Notes under the pieces: model-generated
The model's input: the letters and a program-made list of their open reading frames with translations, nothing else
The model's database searches: none
Told to the model about the DNA's origin: nothing
In this document: piece by piece, positions 34,305 to 44,219 of the stretch
Layout of the letters: every line of letters starts with the position of its first letter
Position numbering within the stretch: position 1 is the first letter of the stretch
Source: Candidatus Cryptoclostridium obscurum
GTDB taxonomy: Bacteria; Bacillota; Dehalobacteriia; UBA7702
Direction: 5' to 3'
Assembly: GCA_904420535.1 (NCBI GenBank)
Contig: CAJFVQ010000038.1
Coordinates: forward strand, 8,539 to 72,538
Length of the DNA stretch: 64,000 nt
Program-made: the position numbers and the translations under genes

Positions 34305-34346
34305 CCCGAAGTGAATGCGATCAAAGCACCGTTCACTTCGGGTTTT
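34305..34346 (+). terminator. Intrinsic terminator
   Basis: CCCGAAGTGAA...TTCACTTCGGG followed by TTTT. Confidence 0.8.
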
Positions 34347-34376
34347 CTATATTGTATTTTTTAAGGAGTAGCGACT

Positions 34377-35414
34377 ATGAATAAAAAAAAGGTTATATCC
34401 TTGATTATATTACCCTGTGCAATCATTTTCGCTGCATTGGTTTTTTGGCTATTTTATGATTTGGTGTTGTTGGTAATGGGCGGAGCTATCATTGCCTACT
34501 TGCTTTACCCTATGATGAATCATTTCAATGAAAAAGGAATGCCTAAAAAGGCATCCATCTTTTTAGTATACAGTATCGTTAGTATGATATTACTGTTCAT
34601 TTTATTCGTGTTTCTTCCGTATTTTTCCGGAGAATTATCCTCCTTTTGGGCAAAATTACCCCAGTTTATGGAATATCTCACATCCATTTGGCAACGGATC
34701 ATGGAAACAGTTCGTAACCTCCTTGGCACTGAGGGGTTTTCTTCCTTAGAACGCTATTTTACTTCATTTTTGCAAAATCGCTCCAGCGATTTTGCAGTAC
34801 GCACTTTAAATGGCATGATGGAATTACCACAAAAAATTACCTATTTATTATTATGCCCTGTTTTGGCCTATTACTTTTTACGGGATCATCAGAAAATAGG
34901 AGGAGTGCTCATCAGCATATTTCCTCCTCAACATCGCAGTTCTGTTTTGCTTTTGGCAAAGGAAACCAACGATGTTTTATGGGGATTTATTCGTGGGAAC
35001 CTTCTTGTCTCTCTGATTGTTGGCGTAATAACATTTCTGGGTTTATGGATTCTGGGCGTAGACTATCCTCTACTATTGGGAGTTTTATCAGGAATTCTTG
35101 ACATTATTCCGTATTTCGGTCCTTTCCTCAGCGCTGTGCCGATCCTGATGATTGCATCCTTTCAACCAGAAGTACATTTGATTCTTGTCATTATTCTTAT
35201 TATTGGAGTGCAACAGTTTGAAAATATTTTCGTCTCTCCCCGTGTCATCGGTGACCAGGTGGGACTACATCCCGTTTCCATTATTATTTTGGTGCTGATC
35301 GGCGGTTATGCCGGTGGTCTTCTTGGTATGGTTTTGATGATTCCTTTGGCGGCCATAGGCAAAGTTATTTTACGATTCTGTTATGAAAGATTTGTCTCAT
35401 GTGGTTCTGATTGA
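34377..35414 (+). CDS. AI-2E family transporter (PerM/YtvI-like permease)
   Basis: 345 aa, about 8 TM helices, with LLDIIPYFGPFL and QQFENIFVSPRVIGDQVGLHP motifs. Confidence 0.88.
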   Translation: MNKKKVISLIILPCAIIFAALVFWLFYDLVLLVMGGAIIAYLLYPMMNHFNEKGMPKKASIFLVYSIVSMILLFILFVFLPYFSGELSSFWAKLPQFMEYLTSIWQRIMETVRNLLGTEGFSSLERYFTSFLQNRSSDFAVRTLNGMMELPQKITYLLLCPVLAYYFLRDHQKIGGVLISIFPPQHRSSVLLLAKETNDVLWGFIRGNLLVSLIVGVITFLGLWILGVDYPLLLGVLSGILDIIPYFGPFLSAVPILMIASFQPEVHLILVIILIIGVQQFENIFVSPRVIGDQVGLHPVSIIILVLIGGYAGGLLGMVLMIPLAAIGKVILRFCYERFVSCGSD

Positions 35415-35503
35415 CATTTATGCAAGAAAATTCTATAATAACATGATGGAATCTTGTATTATTATCGTACTTTTTACATAAGAAGTTGCATTGGAGGAAA
35501 ATC

Positions 35504-38140
35504 ATGGAAGGAAATCAAATCAGAAAAGCATTCTTGGATTATTTTGAAAGCAAAGGCCATCAAAAGGTACCCAGTTCTTCCCTAGTACCACATAATGATC
35601 CCACTTTGCTTTTTACCAACGCGGGTATGGTTCAGTTTAAGGATGTATTCCTTGAGTTGGAAGAGCGTCCCTATAAAAGAGCAACTACTTCTCAAAAATG
35701 CGTTCGTGCCGGCGGAAAGCATAACGACCTTGATACTGTGGGAAAAACAGCTCGCCACCATACATTTTTTGAAATGCTGGGAAATTTTTCTTTTGGTGAT
35801 TATTTTAAAGAAGGAGCAATTACCTATGCCTGGGAATTTCTGACGCAAGTTCTAAAATTGGACAAAGATCGTCTTTATATTACAATCTATAAAGATGATG
35901 ATGAAGCAGGGGAGCTTTGGCAAAAAATTACCGGGATTTCTCCAGATCGTATCTATCGCCTTGATGAAAAAGATAATTTCTGGGCGATGGGCGACACGGG
36001 GCCTTGCGGCCCCTGCAGTGAAATTCATTATGACCGCGGCGAAGAGTTTGCCTGCGGCCCCGACTGCGGTATTGGTAAATGTGACTGTGATCGTTGGCTT
36101 GAAATTTGGAACCTTGTGTTTATGCAATATAACCGTGATGAAAAAGGAAATATGACTCCTCTACCCAATCCTTGCATCGACACGGGAATGGGACTGGAGC
36201 GTATTGCTTCAATTATGCAAAATGTTCCTTCAAATTACGACACAGATTTACTAAAAAAACTTATTAACTTCATCGAAAAGGAAACAAACATTGAGTATCA
36301 TAGTGATGAGCGCGGTTTCCCCATGCGCGTGATTGCTGATCATGCCCGTTCTTGTACTTTTTTGATTGCCGACGGTGTATTACCTTCCAATGACGGAAGG
36401 GGCTACGTGTTACGCCGAATTCTTCGGAGAGCAGTACGTTTTGCTCGAATTCTGGGTATGGAAGGCGTTTTTTTGGCCAAAGTCGTTCCCGTAGTTGTGG
36501 ATCTGATGGGAGAACAGTACCCGGAAATTCGCGAAAAACAGGATTTTATTATGAAAGTCATTGCCAACGAAGAAGAGCGATTCCATCTTACTTTAGCAGA
36601 TGGAATGAAAATGGTGGAAGATAAAATTGCAATCGCGAAAGAACAGGGAAAAACATTGATTTCCGGGGAAGATGCGTTCCAGCTTTACGATACCTATGGA
36701 TTTCCTATTGACTTGACAGAGGATGCCGCTGAAGAACAAGGTATGACCGTAGATATGAGCGGCTTTGAAAAATGTATGGAGGAACAGCGTATTCGTTCCC
36801 AGGAAGCTGGCAGTGCAGAAACAGGAAAAGAGCTTGCTCTGGTATTGTCCGGACTTTTGGGAGATATAAAGGCTACAAAATTTAGCGGTTATACAACCAT
36901 GGCAGATGAGGCCAAAGTCCAAGCAGTTATCCTCGGAGAAAGGAGAACCGATGCGATTTCCGCCGGTGAGGAAGGCTATCTTGTCTTGGATCGGACCCCT
37001 TGTTATGCAGAAATGGGGGGACAAGTTGGTGACCGTGGTCTTATCACTGTGGGAAGCGCCAAAGCGGAAGTGCTTACTACGTTCAATCTTCCCAACGGAA
37101 TCTATATTCATAAAGTCACTGGAATAAATGGGAATATCAAAGCCGGAGATATTTGTAGTGTAGAAGTGACGATTCCTTTGCGGAAAGCGACGATGCGGAA
37201 TCATACAGCGACCCATTTGATGCACAAGGCTCTCCGGGAGGTTCTTGGAGATCATGCCAATCAGGCAGGCTCTTTGGTAACAGAGGATCGTTTGCGTTTT
37301 GACTTTAACCATTTTTCTGCAGTAACACCGGAAGAGTTGCAAAAAATTGAGGATCGTGTCAATGCGGAAATTATGAAAGATTCAGAAGTTGTTACCAAGG
37401 AAATGGATCTTGAGGAAGCTAAAGCCCAAGGAGCTATGGCATTATTCGGAGAAAAATATGGCAGCCGTGTTCGATTTGTGAATATCGGCGATTGGAGCAA
37501 AGAACTTTGTGGGGGAACTCATGTATCCCGTACCGGAGAGATCGGCCTATTCAAAATTGTTTCTGAATCCAGCATTGGCGCGGGGCTTCGTCGTATTGAA
37601 GCAGTTACTGGCGATGCCGCGCGAGCCTATTATCAGAAAGAAGAAGACCGTTTGGCCGAATTAAGCAGTATACTCAAAGTGAAAAATGACGACCTAGTCA
37701 CTAAAGTCAAAGCCCTTTTAAGTGAATTAAAGGACAAAGAAAAAGAAATTGAAGCTTATAAGCAAGCGGCTGCCGAAGCAGGTGCCAAAAATGTTTTGGA
37801 ACAGATTGAAGCGTTTCCTTCTGGAAAAGGCCTTGTTGCCAACATGGGAAATATGGATATGAACGGACTGCGAGAAACAGCTGACCGTTTGAAAGAAGGT
37901 CGCAGTGATTTGGCCCTTGTTCTTTTTGCTATAGATCACAATAAGGTAAGTATTGTTGTAACAGCTGGAAAAGATTGGCAGGGAAAAGGCCTTCAGGCCG
38001 GTAGATTAATCAAAGAGATTGCCCCCATTGTGGGTGGCGGTGGCGGTGGACGTCCCGATATGGCCCAGGCTGGCGGGAAAGATACATCGAAAGTAGCCGA
38101 GGCAATGGCCAAGGCTAAGGAATTACTCGGTGCGATTTAA
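35504..38140 (+). CDS. alaS: Alanine--tRNA ligase
   Basis: IRKAFLDYFESKGH, FTNAGMVQFK, the HxxxH/CxxxH editing domain (HTATHLMH...CGGTH) and the C-terminal GGGGGGRPDMAQAGG DHHA1 motif. Start at ATG 35504, after GGAGGAAAA. Confidence 0.97.
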   Translation: MEGNQIRKAFLDYFESKGHQKVPSSSLVPHNDPTLLFTNAGMVQFKDVFLELEERPYKRATTSQKCVRAGGKHNDLDTVGKTARHHTFFEMLGNFSFGDYFKEGAITYAWEFLTQVLKLDKDRLYITIYKDDDEAGELWQKITGISPDRIYRLDEKDNFWAMGDTGPCGPCSEIHYDRGEEFACGPDCGIGKCDCDRWLEIWNLVFMQYNRDEKGNMTPLPNPCIDTGMGLERIASIMQNVPSNYDTDLLKKLINFIEKETNIEYHSDERGFPMRVIADHARSCTFLIADGVLPSNDGRGYVLRRILRRAVRFARILGMEGVFLAKVVPVVVDLMGEQYPEIREKQDFIMKVIANEEERFHLTLADGMKMVEDKIAIAKEQGKTLISGEDAFQLYDTYGFPIDLTEDAAEEQGMTVDMSGFEKCMEEQRIRSQEAGSAETGKELALVLSGLLGDIKATKFSGYTTMADEAKVQAVILGERRTDAISAGEEGYLVLDRTPCYAEMGGQVGDRGLITVGSAKAEVLTTFNLPNGIYIHKVTGINGNIKAGDICSVEVTIPLRKATMRNHTATHLMHKALREVLGDHANQAGSLVTEDRLRFDFNHFSAVTPEELQKIEDRVNAEIMKDSEVVTKEMDLEEAKAQGAMALFGEKYGSRVRFVNIGDWSKELCGGTHVSRTGEIGLFKIVSESSIGAGLRRIEAVTGDAARAYYQKEEDRLAELSSILKVKNDDLVTKVKALLSELKDKEKEIEAYKQAAAEAGAKNVLEQIEAFPSGKGLVANMGNMDMNGLRETADRLKEGRSDLALVLFAIDHNKVSIVVTAGKDWQGKGLQAGRLIKEIAPIVGGGGGGRPDMAQAGGKDTSKVAEAMAKAKELLGAI

Positions 38141-38170
38141 TTTCCACCGGGAAGGAAAGGTGGTTCTACT

Positions 38171-38434
38171 ATGAGTAAACCGACAAACTACGACGCAACT
38201 ATGGAATTCTGTAACGCCAAAGAAGTAGATGTCCCTGCGATTATTCGATCCGTAAATATTGCTCTTACGGAAAAAGGGTACGCTGCCACCAATCAAATTA
38301 CCGGTTATCTGATCTCCGGTGATCCGAGTTATATTACCAGTCATAACGACGCGCGCAATCTCATCCAAAAAGTAGAGCGCGATGATATTGTTGAAGTTCT
38401 GGTTCGCTATTATCTGGAGCATGCCTGTGACTAA
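38171..38434 (+). CDS. ireB: IreB family regulatory phosphoprotein (UPF0297, YrzL-like)
   Basis: 87 aa. GYAATNQITGYLISGDPSYITSHNDARNLI is the family hallmark. Confidence 0.9.
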   Translation: MSKPTNYDATMEFCNAKEVDVPAIIRSVNIALTEKGYAATNQITGYLISGDPSYITSHNDARNLIQKVERDDIVEVLVRYYLEHACD

Positions 38435-38435
38435 A

Positions 38436-39389
38436 ATGACATATCGTCCTTTGGGGCAGACGGGATTTATGGTTAGCCCAATCGCTTTCGGTGCATTGAC
38501 CATCGGACCGCTTCATAAAAATCTCCCATTATCTGAGGGAGCGGCAGTCATCCGCGAAGCGCTGGACTTTGGCGTAAATCTCATTGATACTGCAGAATGT
38601 TATGAGACCTATGACTACATTCGGGAAGCTTTAAAAGGACGAAAAGAAGAAATTTACATTACCTCTAAGTCCTATGCTTGGAATCGTTCCCTTATGGAAA
38701 AGGCTTTTGAAGAAGCCAGACGTAAATTGAATCGTGATAAATTAGATATTTTCCTCCTTCACGAACAGGAAAGCGGATTAACCATCAAAGGTCATTGGGA
38801 GGCAGTGGAATATCTTTTAGAACAGAAAGCAAAAAATCGTCTGACTGCAGTTGGTATCTCTACCCACGCTGTCAGTGCGGTATACGCCGCTGCGGATCTT
38901 GATGAAATGGATATTATTCATCCCCTAATCAACAAATACGGTCATGGCATCATTGACGGCACGCGCGATGATATGGTGAATGCCATCGCTTATGCGGCAA
39001 GAAAGGGGAAAGGGCTCTATGGAATGAAAGCCTTAGCCGGAGGGAAATTGGCTCATAAAGCCAAAGAATGTTGCCGTTGGGCTTATGAAATTCCCGGTTT
39101 ATCCTCCTTTGCTGTGGGAATGAAAAGCCGTTGCGAAGTTCGTATTAATGTGGCCTGGGCACTGGGAGAAGAACCGGATTCACAAGATCTGTCTGAATAT
39201 ATTGTGGAAAGACGGCATATTGAAGTAACAGACCGTTGTATTGCTTGCGGTCAATGTTTACGCCGTTGCGGTCAGCGGGCGATTTCGCTAAAAGAAAATG
39301 ATGCGAGGGCTTTTATTGATGAAAGCAAATGTGTTTTATGTGGTTATTGCCGCGATAATTGTGACCAGGACGCAATCAGTATTATTTAA
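38436..39389 (+). CDS. Aldo/keto reductase fused to a 2x[4Fe-4S] ferredoxin domain
   Basis: MTYRPLGQTGFMVSPIAFG...LIDTAECY AKR N-terminus. The C-terminus carries CIACGQCLRRC and CVLCGYCRDNC clusters. Start chosen at ATG 38436; 38421 is also possible. Confidence 0.85.
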   Translation: MTYRPLGQTGFMVSPIAFGALTIGPLHKNLPLSEGAAVIREALDFGVNLIDTAECYETYDYIREALKGRKEEIYITSKSYAWNRSLMEKAFEEARRKLNRDKLDIFLLHEQESGLTIKGHWEAVEYLLEQKAKNRLTAVGISTHAVSAVYAAADLDEMDIIHPLINKYGHGIIDGTRDDMVNAIAYAARKGKGLYGMKALAGGKLAHKAKECCRWAYEIPGLSSFAVGMKSRCEVRINVAWALGEEPDSQDLSEYIVERRHIEVTDRCIACGQCLRRCGQRAISLKENDARAFIDESKCVLCGYCRDNCDQDAISII

Positions 39390-39404
39390 GCGAGAAGGAG
39401 CAGT

Positions 39405-39851
39405 ATGAGAATTTTGGCGTTGGATGTGGGAACGAAAAACGTAGGGGTAGCAATCTCCGATCCTTTGGGAATTACGGCCCAAAGTTTACCCACGATTCGC
39501 AGAAAAGGAAATACAGAGCAGGAAATTGATAACCTTGCCGACATCGCGAAAGATATGGCAGTAAAAGCCATCGTTGTGGGGTATCCTCGCAATATGAACG
39601 GTACCGAGGGACCTTCTTGTGAAATGGCTAAAGATTATGGCGAGCTTCTGGGGAACAAAGTCAATCTTCCCATCGTCTATTGGGATGAACGACTCACCTC
39701 GAAAATGGCGGAATCTGCAATGTTGGAAGCTGACATGAGTCGCAAAAAACGTCGAAAAAACGTAGATTCTTTGGCTGCAATTCTAATTTTGCAAAGTTAT
39801 TTGGATTATTTAAAAAATCATCAATCTCAAGAGGTGCATTATGACAGATAA
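39405..39851 (+). CDS. ruvX: Holliday junction resolvase-like pre-16S rRNA nuclease RuvX (YqgF)
   Basis: MRILALDVGTKNVGVAISD N-terminus and VDSLAAILILQSYLD C-terminus. Confidence 0.93.
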   Translation: MRILALDVGTKNVGVAISDPLGITAQSLPTIRRKGNTEQEIDNLADIAKDMAVKAIVVGYPRNMNGTEGPSCEMAKDYGELLGNKVNLPIVYWDERLTSKMAESAMLEADMSRKKRRKNVDSLAAILILQSYLDYLKNHQSQEVHYDR

Positions 39852-40140
39852 AGATATGGAAATGTTGGAAAATGAAGAATATGAAGTAAATTTAGTCACT
39901 CTCATTGACGAAGATGGAACAGAGCGCGATTTTGAAGTTTTAGAAATCATTGAAGTGGATGGTGCGGAATATGTTGTGATAGCTCCCCCTGAAGGCGATG
40001 AGGATGAAGATGAAGCATTGATTTTCCGTTTAGAAGTTGACCCCAAAACCAAAGAGGAATTATTGGTGGATATCGAAGACGATGACGAATGGGATAAGGT
40101 CGCAGAGGTCTATATGGGGATGGTAGAGGAAGAAGAATAA
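39841..40140 (+). CDS. DUF1292 (UPF0473, YrzB-like) acidic protein
   Basis: LIDEDGTERDFEVLEIIEVDGAEYVV pattern. Its position after ruvX is conserved. Confidence 0.85.
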   Translation: MTDKDMEMLENEEYEVNLVTLIDEDGTERDFEVLEIIEVDGAEYVVIAPPEGDEDEDEALIFRLEVDPKTKEELLVDIEDDDEWDKVAEVYMGMVEEEE

Positions 40141-40169
40141 TTTTCCGACCATGATCAATGGTGTGAAAT

Positions 40170-41579
40170 ATGCAAGAAAACAAAAAAGAAATATCTGATA
40201 CAACAGAAAAAAAGGGCCGACTCAACAGAAAAAAGAAGCTTTGGCTCATTTTTGGCGGCATCGGTTTTTTTCTATTGCTATTCTTAGGCGCATTTTTCGG
40301 TTATGATTACTATGATGTCCATCAAGGAAAAATCGCTCAAAATGTTTATTTTTTGGGTGAAGATCTCAGTGGACTCAGCGAAAAAGAAGCAAGAGAAGTG
40401 ATTTCAGAAGCCTATGATGTGCAGATAGCCCGGAACATTCGGCTCTATACGGATAGTGCGGAATGGATCTATACTGCTGGGGATCTGGGGCTAATTCGTG
40501 ACGATGACAATATTTATAATGCTGCTTGTGAAGTGACCCGTGCCGGCAATATTTTTCAGCGTTATCAAGAACGATATCGCCAAAGACAAGACCAGGTCGA
40601 TTTGACTTCGGTTTTTCAAGTAGATGAAACAAAGATTGATCCAATTTTAACAGCCATTGCGGAAGAAATTGGAACCACAGCGCAAGATGCCTCCTTTGGT
40701 ATCAGTGATGATGGATCTATTTATATCAATCCTTCTGTGAATGGTTCTGCACTTGATGTAGACGCTACAAAAGAGCTAGTTTCTGCTGCATTATCTGACC
40801 GTACGATTAATGAAGTACAAGTAGTGATCAATACCAATGCGGTACCGGAAACAACAACTGAAGATTTGGAGGCTATGAAGATTAATGGCGTTCTTGCGAC
40901 TTTTAGTACAAAATACAATGCTGGTCAAGCTGATCGATCTCACAATCTTTGGCAGGCCTGCGAATATCTTGATATGACCATTATTGAGCCGGGAGCCACA
41001 TTTTCATTCAATGATACTGTAGGGCAACGAACTGCAGAACGGGGATTTCGTGATGCGGTTATCATTGAAAACGGTCAATTTACTCCTGGGATGGGTGGTG
41101 GAGTTTGTCAAGTGAGCACTACGGTTTATGGTGCGATCCTTCGTTGCCCTCAATTAACGGTCACGGAACGTAATCCCCATTCTCTGGTCATTGCCTATGT
41201 GGATCCGGGGCAAGATGCTATGGTTGCTTGGGGATCTTCAGATCTTAAATTTCGCAACGATTATGAAACTCCGGTGTTAATTCACGCATATTGCAGTGGT
41301 GGAACGATTACCGTAACATTTTATGGGAATACAGAATACAAACAAGATGTAGAAATCACCTCGGAAGTCGTTCGCTATATTCCTTATACTACAGAAACGG
41401 TCACCGACGAAAGCTTGGCTCCTGGTACGCAGCAAGTAAAATCCAGCGGTTCCAGAGGCTTAGAGGCCAATGTTTACAGGAGTATTATAAGTAACGGGCA
41501 AGTAATATCCACTGAAACCGTATCTACCAGCACTTATCGCGCTCAGAAACGAATTGTTCTGGTGGGACCGGATCAGTAA
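40170..41579 (+). CDS. VanW family protein with C-terminal G5 domain
   Basis: N-terminal TM helix; VanW core (FSFNDTVGQRTAERGF...GGGVCQVSTTVY); G5-like tail (VKSSGSRGLEANVYR...RIVLVG). Confidence 0.85.
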   Translation: MQENKKEISDTTEKKGRLNRKKKLWLIFGGIGFFLLLFLGAFFGYDYYDVHQGKIAQNVYFLGEDLSGLSEKEAREVISEAYDVQIARNIRLYTDSAEWIYTAGDLGLIRDDDNIYNAACEVTRAGNIFQRYQERYRQRQDQVDLTSVFQVDETKIDPILTAIAEEIGTTAQDASFGISDDGSIYINPSVNGSALDVDATKELVSAALSDRTINEVQVVINTNAVPETTTEDLEAMKINGVLATFSTKYNAGQADRSHNLWQACEYLDMTIIEPGATFSFNDTVGQRTAERGFRDAVIIENGQFTPGMGGGVCQVSTTVYGAILRCPQLTVTERNPHSLVIAYVDPGQDAMVAWGSSDLKFRNDYETPVLIHAYCSGGTITVTFYGNTEYKQDVEITSEVVRYIPYTTETVTDESLAPGTQQVKSSGSRGLEANVYRSIISNGQVISTETVSTSTYRAQKRIVLVGPDQ

Positions 41580-41637
41580 ATATATTTATAATATCGAATA
41601 TTGTTTGAACCACGAAACTAGCAAAGGATACAGTATT

Positions 41638-42645
41638 ATGAAAAAAGTAGTAATTATTTTAATCATTCTCGTCGTTCTGGCGGCCGTTGCAATACCGCTC
41701 TATCGGTATTTTATGCCTTATCGTGTAGATAGCGTTACTGTGGAAATTCCGGCCGAGACTACCTCATCGGAAATTGGATCTATCCTTGCCGATCACCATG
41801 TTATTCGCGGAGAATTGGATTTTAAAGTTTATTTAAAACTCTCTGGCAGAGGGAATGATTTGCAGCAGGGCAACTATACTTTTGACGGATCTTACAGCCT
41901 GAAAGAAGTGGTGGACCGTCTGGAAGAGGGCGGAGAAGATTCCGTTGGTACAAGGGTCACCATTCCAGAAGGATACAATATGGAACAGATCATTGCAACA
42001 CTGGAAGAAAAAGGCGTTACTACCAGGGAAGAATTTTTGGATGCTGCCGCCAATGGCGATTATAATTATGATTATATCGGTGAAAAGGGAGACGCTCTCC
42101 GTGTCCAAGGGTATCTTTTCCCTGAAACCTACCTTTTCGAAAAAGGTATTTCTGCATACGATGTAATTAATACCATGATTGCGCAATTTGACAGTTTACT
42201 GACAGACGAATGGAAAGCACAGTTAGCTACGCGGGGGCTTTCAATCCATGATTGGGTAACCATGGCTTCTATCGTTGAAAAAGAAGCTGTAGTGCAGGAA
42301 GACCGTCCCATTATTGCGGGTGTTTTTTACAATCGTCTGGATCAGGGGATGCTTTTGCAAAGCTGCGCAACAGTGCAATATGCTTTGGGAGAAGTAAAAC
42401 CCGTTTTGACCAATGAGGATGTTGCCGTCGATTCTCCTTACAATACCTATATCCATGAGGGGTTGCCGCCGACTCCCATTGCTTCGCCAGGAGAAGCCTC
42501 GTTAGAAGCAGCGCTGTATCCCGCCGATACGACTTATCTCTTCTTTGTGGCCAAGCCCAATGGCGCCCATATTTTTACCAATACTTATGAAGAACATCTT
42601 GCTGCCATTGAGGCTATTGAAAGAGGGGACTATGATAACGAATAA
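41638..42645 (+). CDS. mltG: Endolytic murein transglycosylase MltG (YceG family)
   Basis: N-terminal TM helix, plus EGYLFPETY, ASIVEKEA and YNTYIHEGLPPTPIASPG motifs. Start at ATG 41638. Confidence 0.93.
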   Translation: MKKVVIILIILVVLAAVAIPLYRYFMPYRVDSVTVEIPAETTSSEIGSILADHHVIRGELDFKVYLKLSGRGNDLQQGNYTFDGSYSLKEVVDRLEEGGEDSVGTRVTIPEGYNMEQIIATLEEKGVTTREEFLDAAANGDYNYDYIGEKGDALRVQGYLFPETYLFEKGISAYDVINTMIAQFDSLLTDEWKAQLATRGLSIHDWVTMASIVEKEAVVQEDRPIIAGVFYNRLDQGMLLQSCATVQYALGEVKPVLTNEDVAVDSPYNTYIHEGLPPTPIASPGEASLEAALYPADTTYLFFVAKPNGAHIFTNTYEEHLAAIEAIERGDYDNE

Positions 42646-43876
42646 ATGCTCTAGACCGGAAATTCTTTCCCCTGCCGGAGATATGGAAAAACTCCAGTTT
42701 GCCCTTGCCTATGGGGCAGATGCCGTATATCTGGCAGGGGAGCACTTTGGTCTTCGAGCCAAAAGCGGCAATTTTACCATGGATAAACTAGCCGAGGCCG
42801 TTAAAATCGCTCATAAGCAAAATGCTAAGGTTTATGTAGCTGCTAACATTTTTGCCCATAATCGTGATCTGATTGCTATAGGAAAATATTTTTGTGATTT
42901 GCGCGACATTGAACCCGACGGATTGATTATTTCTGATTTGGGTGTAGTTGCCTTGGCCAAAGAATTTGCCCCGGAAATCCCGATCCACATCAGTACCCAG
43001 GCAAATTCTGTGAATTGGCGTACTGTGGAAATGTGGCGGCGATTGGGTGCAAACCGCATAGTATTGGGACGGGAATTGACCCTTGAAGAAATCCGTGAGA
43101 TTCGCCAGCGGGTTTCCATTGATTTAGAAATATTCGTTCATGGTGCCATGTGTATGTCGTATTCCGGACGATGTCTTTTAAGTAATTATTTCACTGGTCG
43201 AGATGCCAATAGAGGCGCATGTACCCACCCATGCCGTTGGCAATATGCTCTGGTGGAATCTCAACGTCCCGGTGAATACTTTCCACTGGAAGAGGATGAT
43301 CGTGGGAGTTATATTATGAATTCCAAAGATCTAAACTTATTGGAATTTATGCCGAAATTTTTTGAAATCGGCATTCATTCTCTCAAAATCGAAGGCCGCA
43401 TGAAAAGCCCTTATTATACCGCTGTCACCACAAAAGTTTATCGTGAGGCTGTCGATGCTCTCATGGAATCACAGGAATTATTTCAGGAAAAGCTACCCTA
43501 CTGGCAAAGGGAGTTAGACAAAATCAGCCATCGCCAATATTGCCACGGTTTTCTTGAAGGACCTCCCCAATCTAAGGACCATCGTTATGATTCTTCCTCT
43601 TATATTCGCACTTATGATTTTATCGCTGTGGTTCGTGGTTATGATGAGAAAAAACGTTGCCTTGTTTTAGAACAAAGGAATCGTTTCCGTGTGGGTGACC
43701 AAATAGAAATTCTTTTACCTCAAGGGGATTATATTTCACAAACCATTCGTGAGATATATAATGAAGAATGGCAGTCGATTGATGTCGCTCCTCATGCCCA
43801 GATGGTAGTCTACCTTCCCAGATCGCAGCCGCTTCCCGTAATGTCGATTCTCAGGAGGAAATGCAATGAGCATTGA
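42632..43876 (+). CDS. Peptidase U32 family protein (YrrO/TrhP/RlhA-like RNA hydroxylation factor family)
   Basis: PEILSPAGD..LQFALAYGADAVYL, the IHISTQ motif and Cys-rich CTHPCRW. Start at ATG 42632, overlapping the mltG end. Confidence 0.88.
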   Translation: MITNKCSRPEILSPAGDMEKLQFALAYGADAVYLAGEHFGLRAKSGNFTMDKLAEAVKIAHKQNAKVYVAANIFAHNRDLIAIGKYFCDLRDIEPDGLIISDLGVVALAKEFAPEIPIHISTQANSVNWRTVEMWRRLGANRIVLGRELTLEEIREIRQRVSIDLEIFVHGAMCMSYSGRCLLSNYFTGRDANRGACTHPCRWQYALVESQRPGEYFPLEEDDRGSYIMNSKDLNLLEFMPKFFEIGIHSLKIEGRMKSPYYTAVTTKVYREAVDALMESQELFQEKLPYWQRELDKISHRQYCHGFLEGPPQSKDHRYDSSSYIRTYDFIAVVRGYDEKKRCLVLEQRNRFRVGDQIEILLPQGDYISQTIREIYNEEWQSIDVAPHAQMVVYLPRSQPLPVMSILRRKCNEH

Positions 43877-44099
43877 ACCTTTTACTTTACATGTCCAAAC
43901 AGCGCCTCATCATATTGATTTTTTAAATCGCGTTTTTGAGGCTTATGATCATTTAGCCATCGTTTCTACCCTTGACAATCAAGAAGGAATTGTTGCGATT
44001 CGCGGTTTTGGCAAGGTGGGGCCTGTGCGTCGTATCCTTAGAGGACTTCCTTTTTCTGCCAAAATTGTGTATAACTCCGCCGAAGATGTTACAAAATAA
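43866..44099 (+). CDS. DUF4911 domain protein
   Basis: 77 aa with IDFLNRVFEAYDHLAIVSTLDNQEGIVAIRG. Overlaps the U32 gene end, an association common in Clostridia. Confidence 0.75.
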   Translation: MSIEPFTLHVQTAPHHIDFLNRVFEAYDHLAIVSTLDNQEGIVAIRGFGKVGPVRRILRGLPFSAKIVYNSAEDVTK

Positions 44100-44170
44100 T
44101 ATCGGCAATCTGTACGGTTTATAGCAAAAAATATAGCAACTTATAAATAATTGATTTTGAGCTGCATATC

Positions 44171-44201
44171 ATGACCGGGATTTTGTCCCGGTCATTTTTT
44201 A
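44171..44201 (+). terminator. Intrinsic terminator
   Basis: ATGACCGGGA-TTTTG-TCCCGGTCAT followed by TTTTTT. Confidence 0.88.
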
Positions 44202-44219
44202 TTGTTAAAGGAGAATAAT

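Noticed and set aside
35415-35503. A T-box leader upstream of alaS.
   Set aside because: The spacer is only about 90 nt, far shorter than a T-box. No T-box sequence (AGGGTGGNACCGCG-like) or terminator/antiterminator pair is visible.
36593-37342. 249-aa ORF antisense to alaS.
   Set aside because: The sense strand encodes highly conserved AlaRS editing-domain motifs. The antisense frame has no SD and no recognisable domain.
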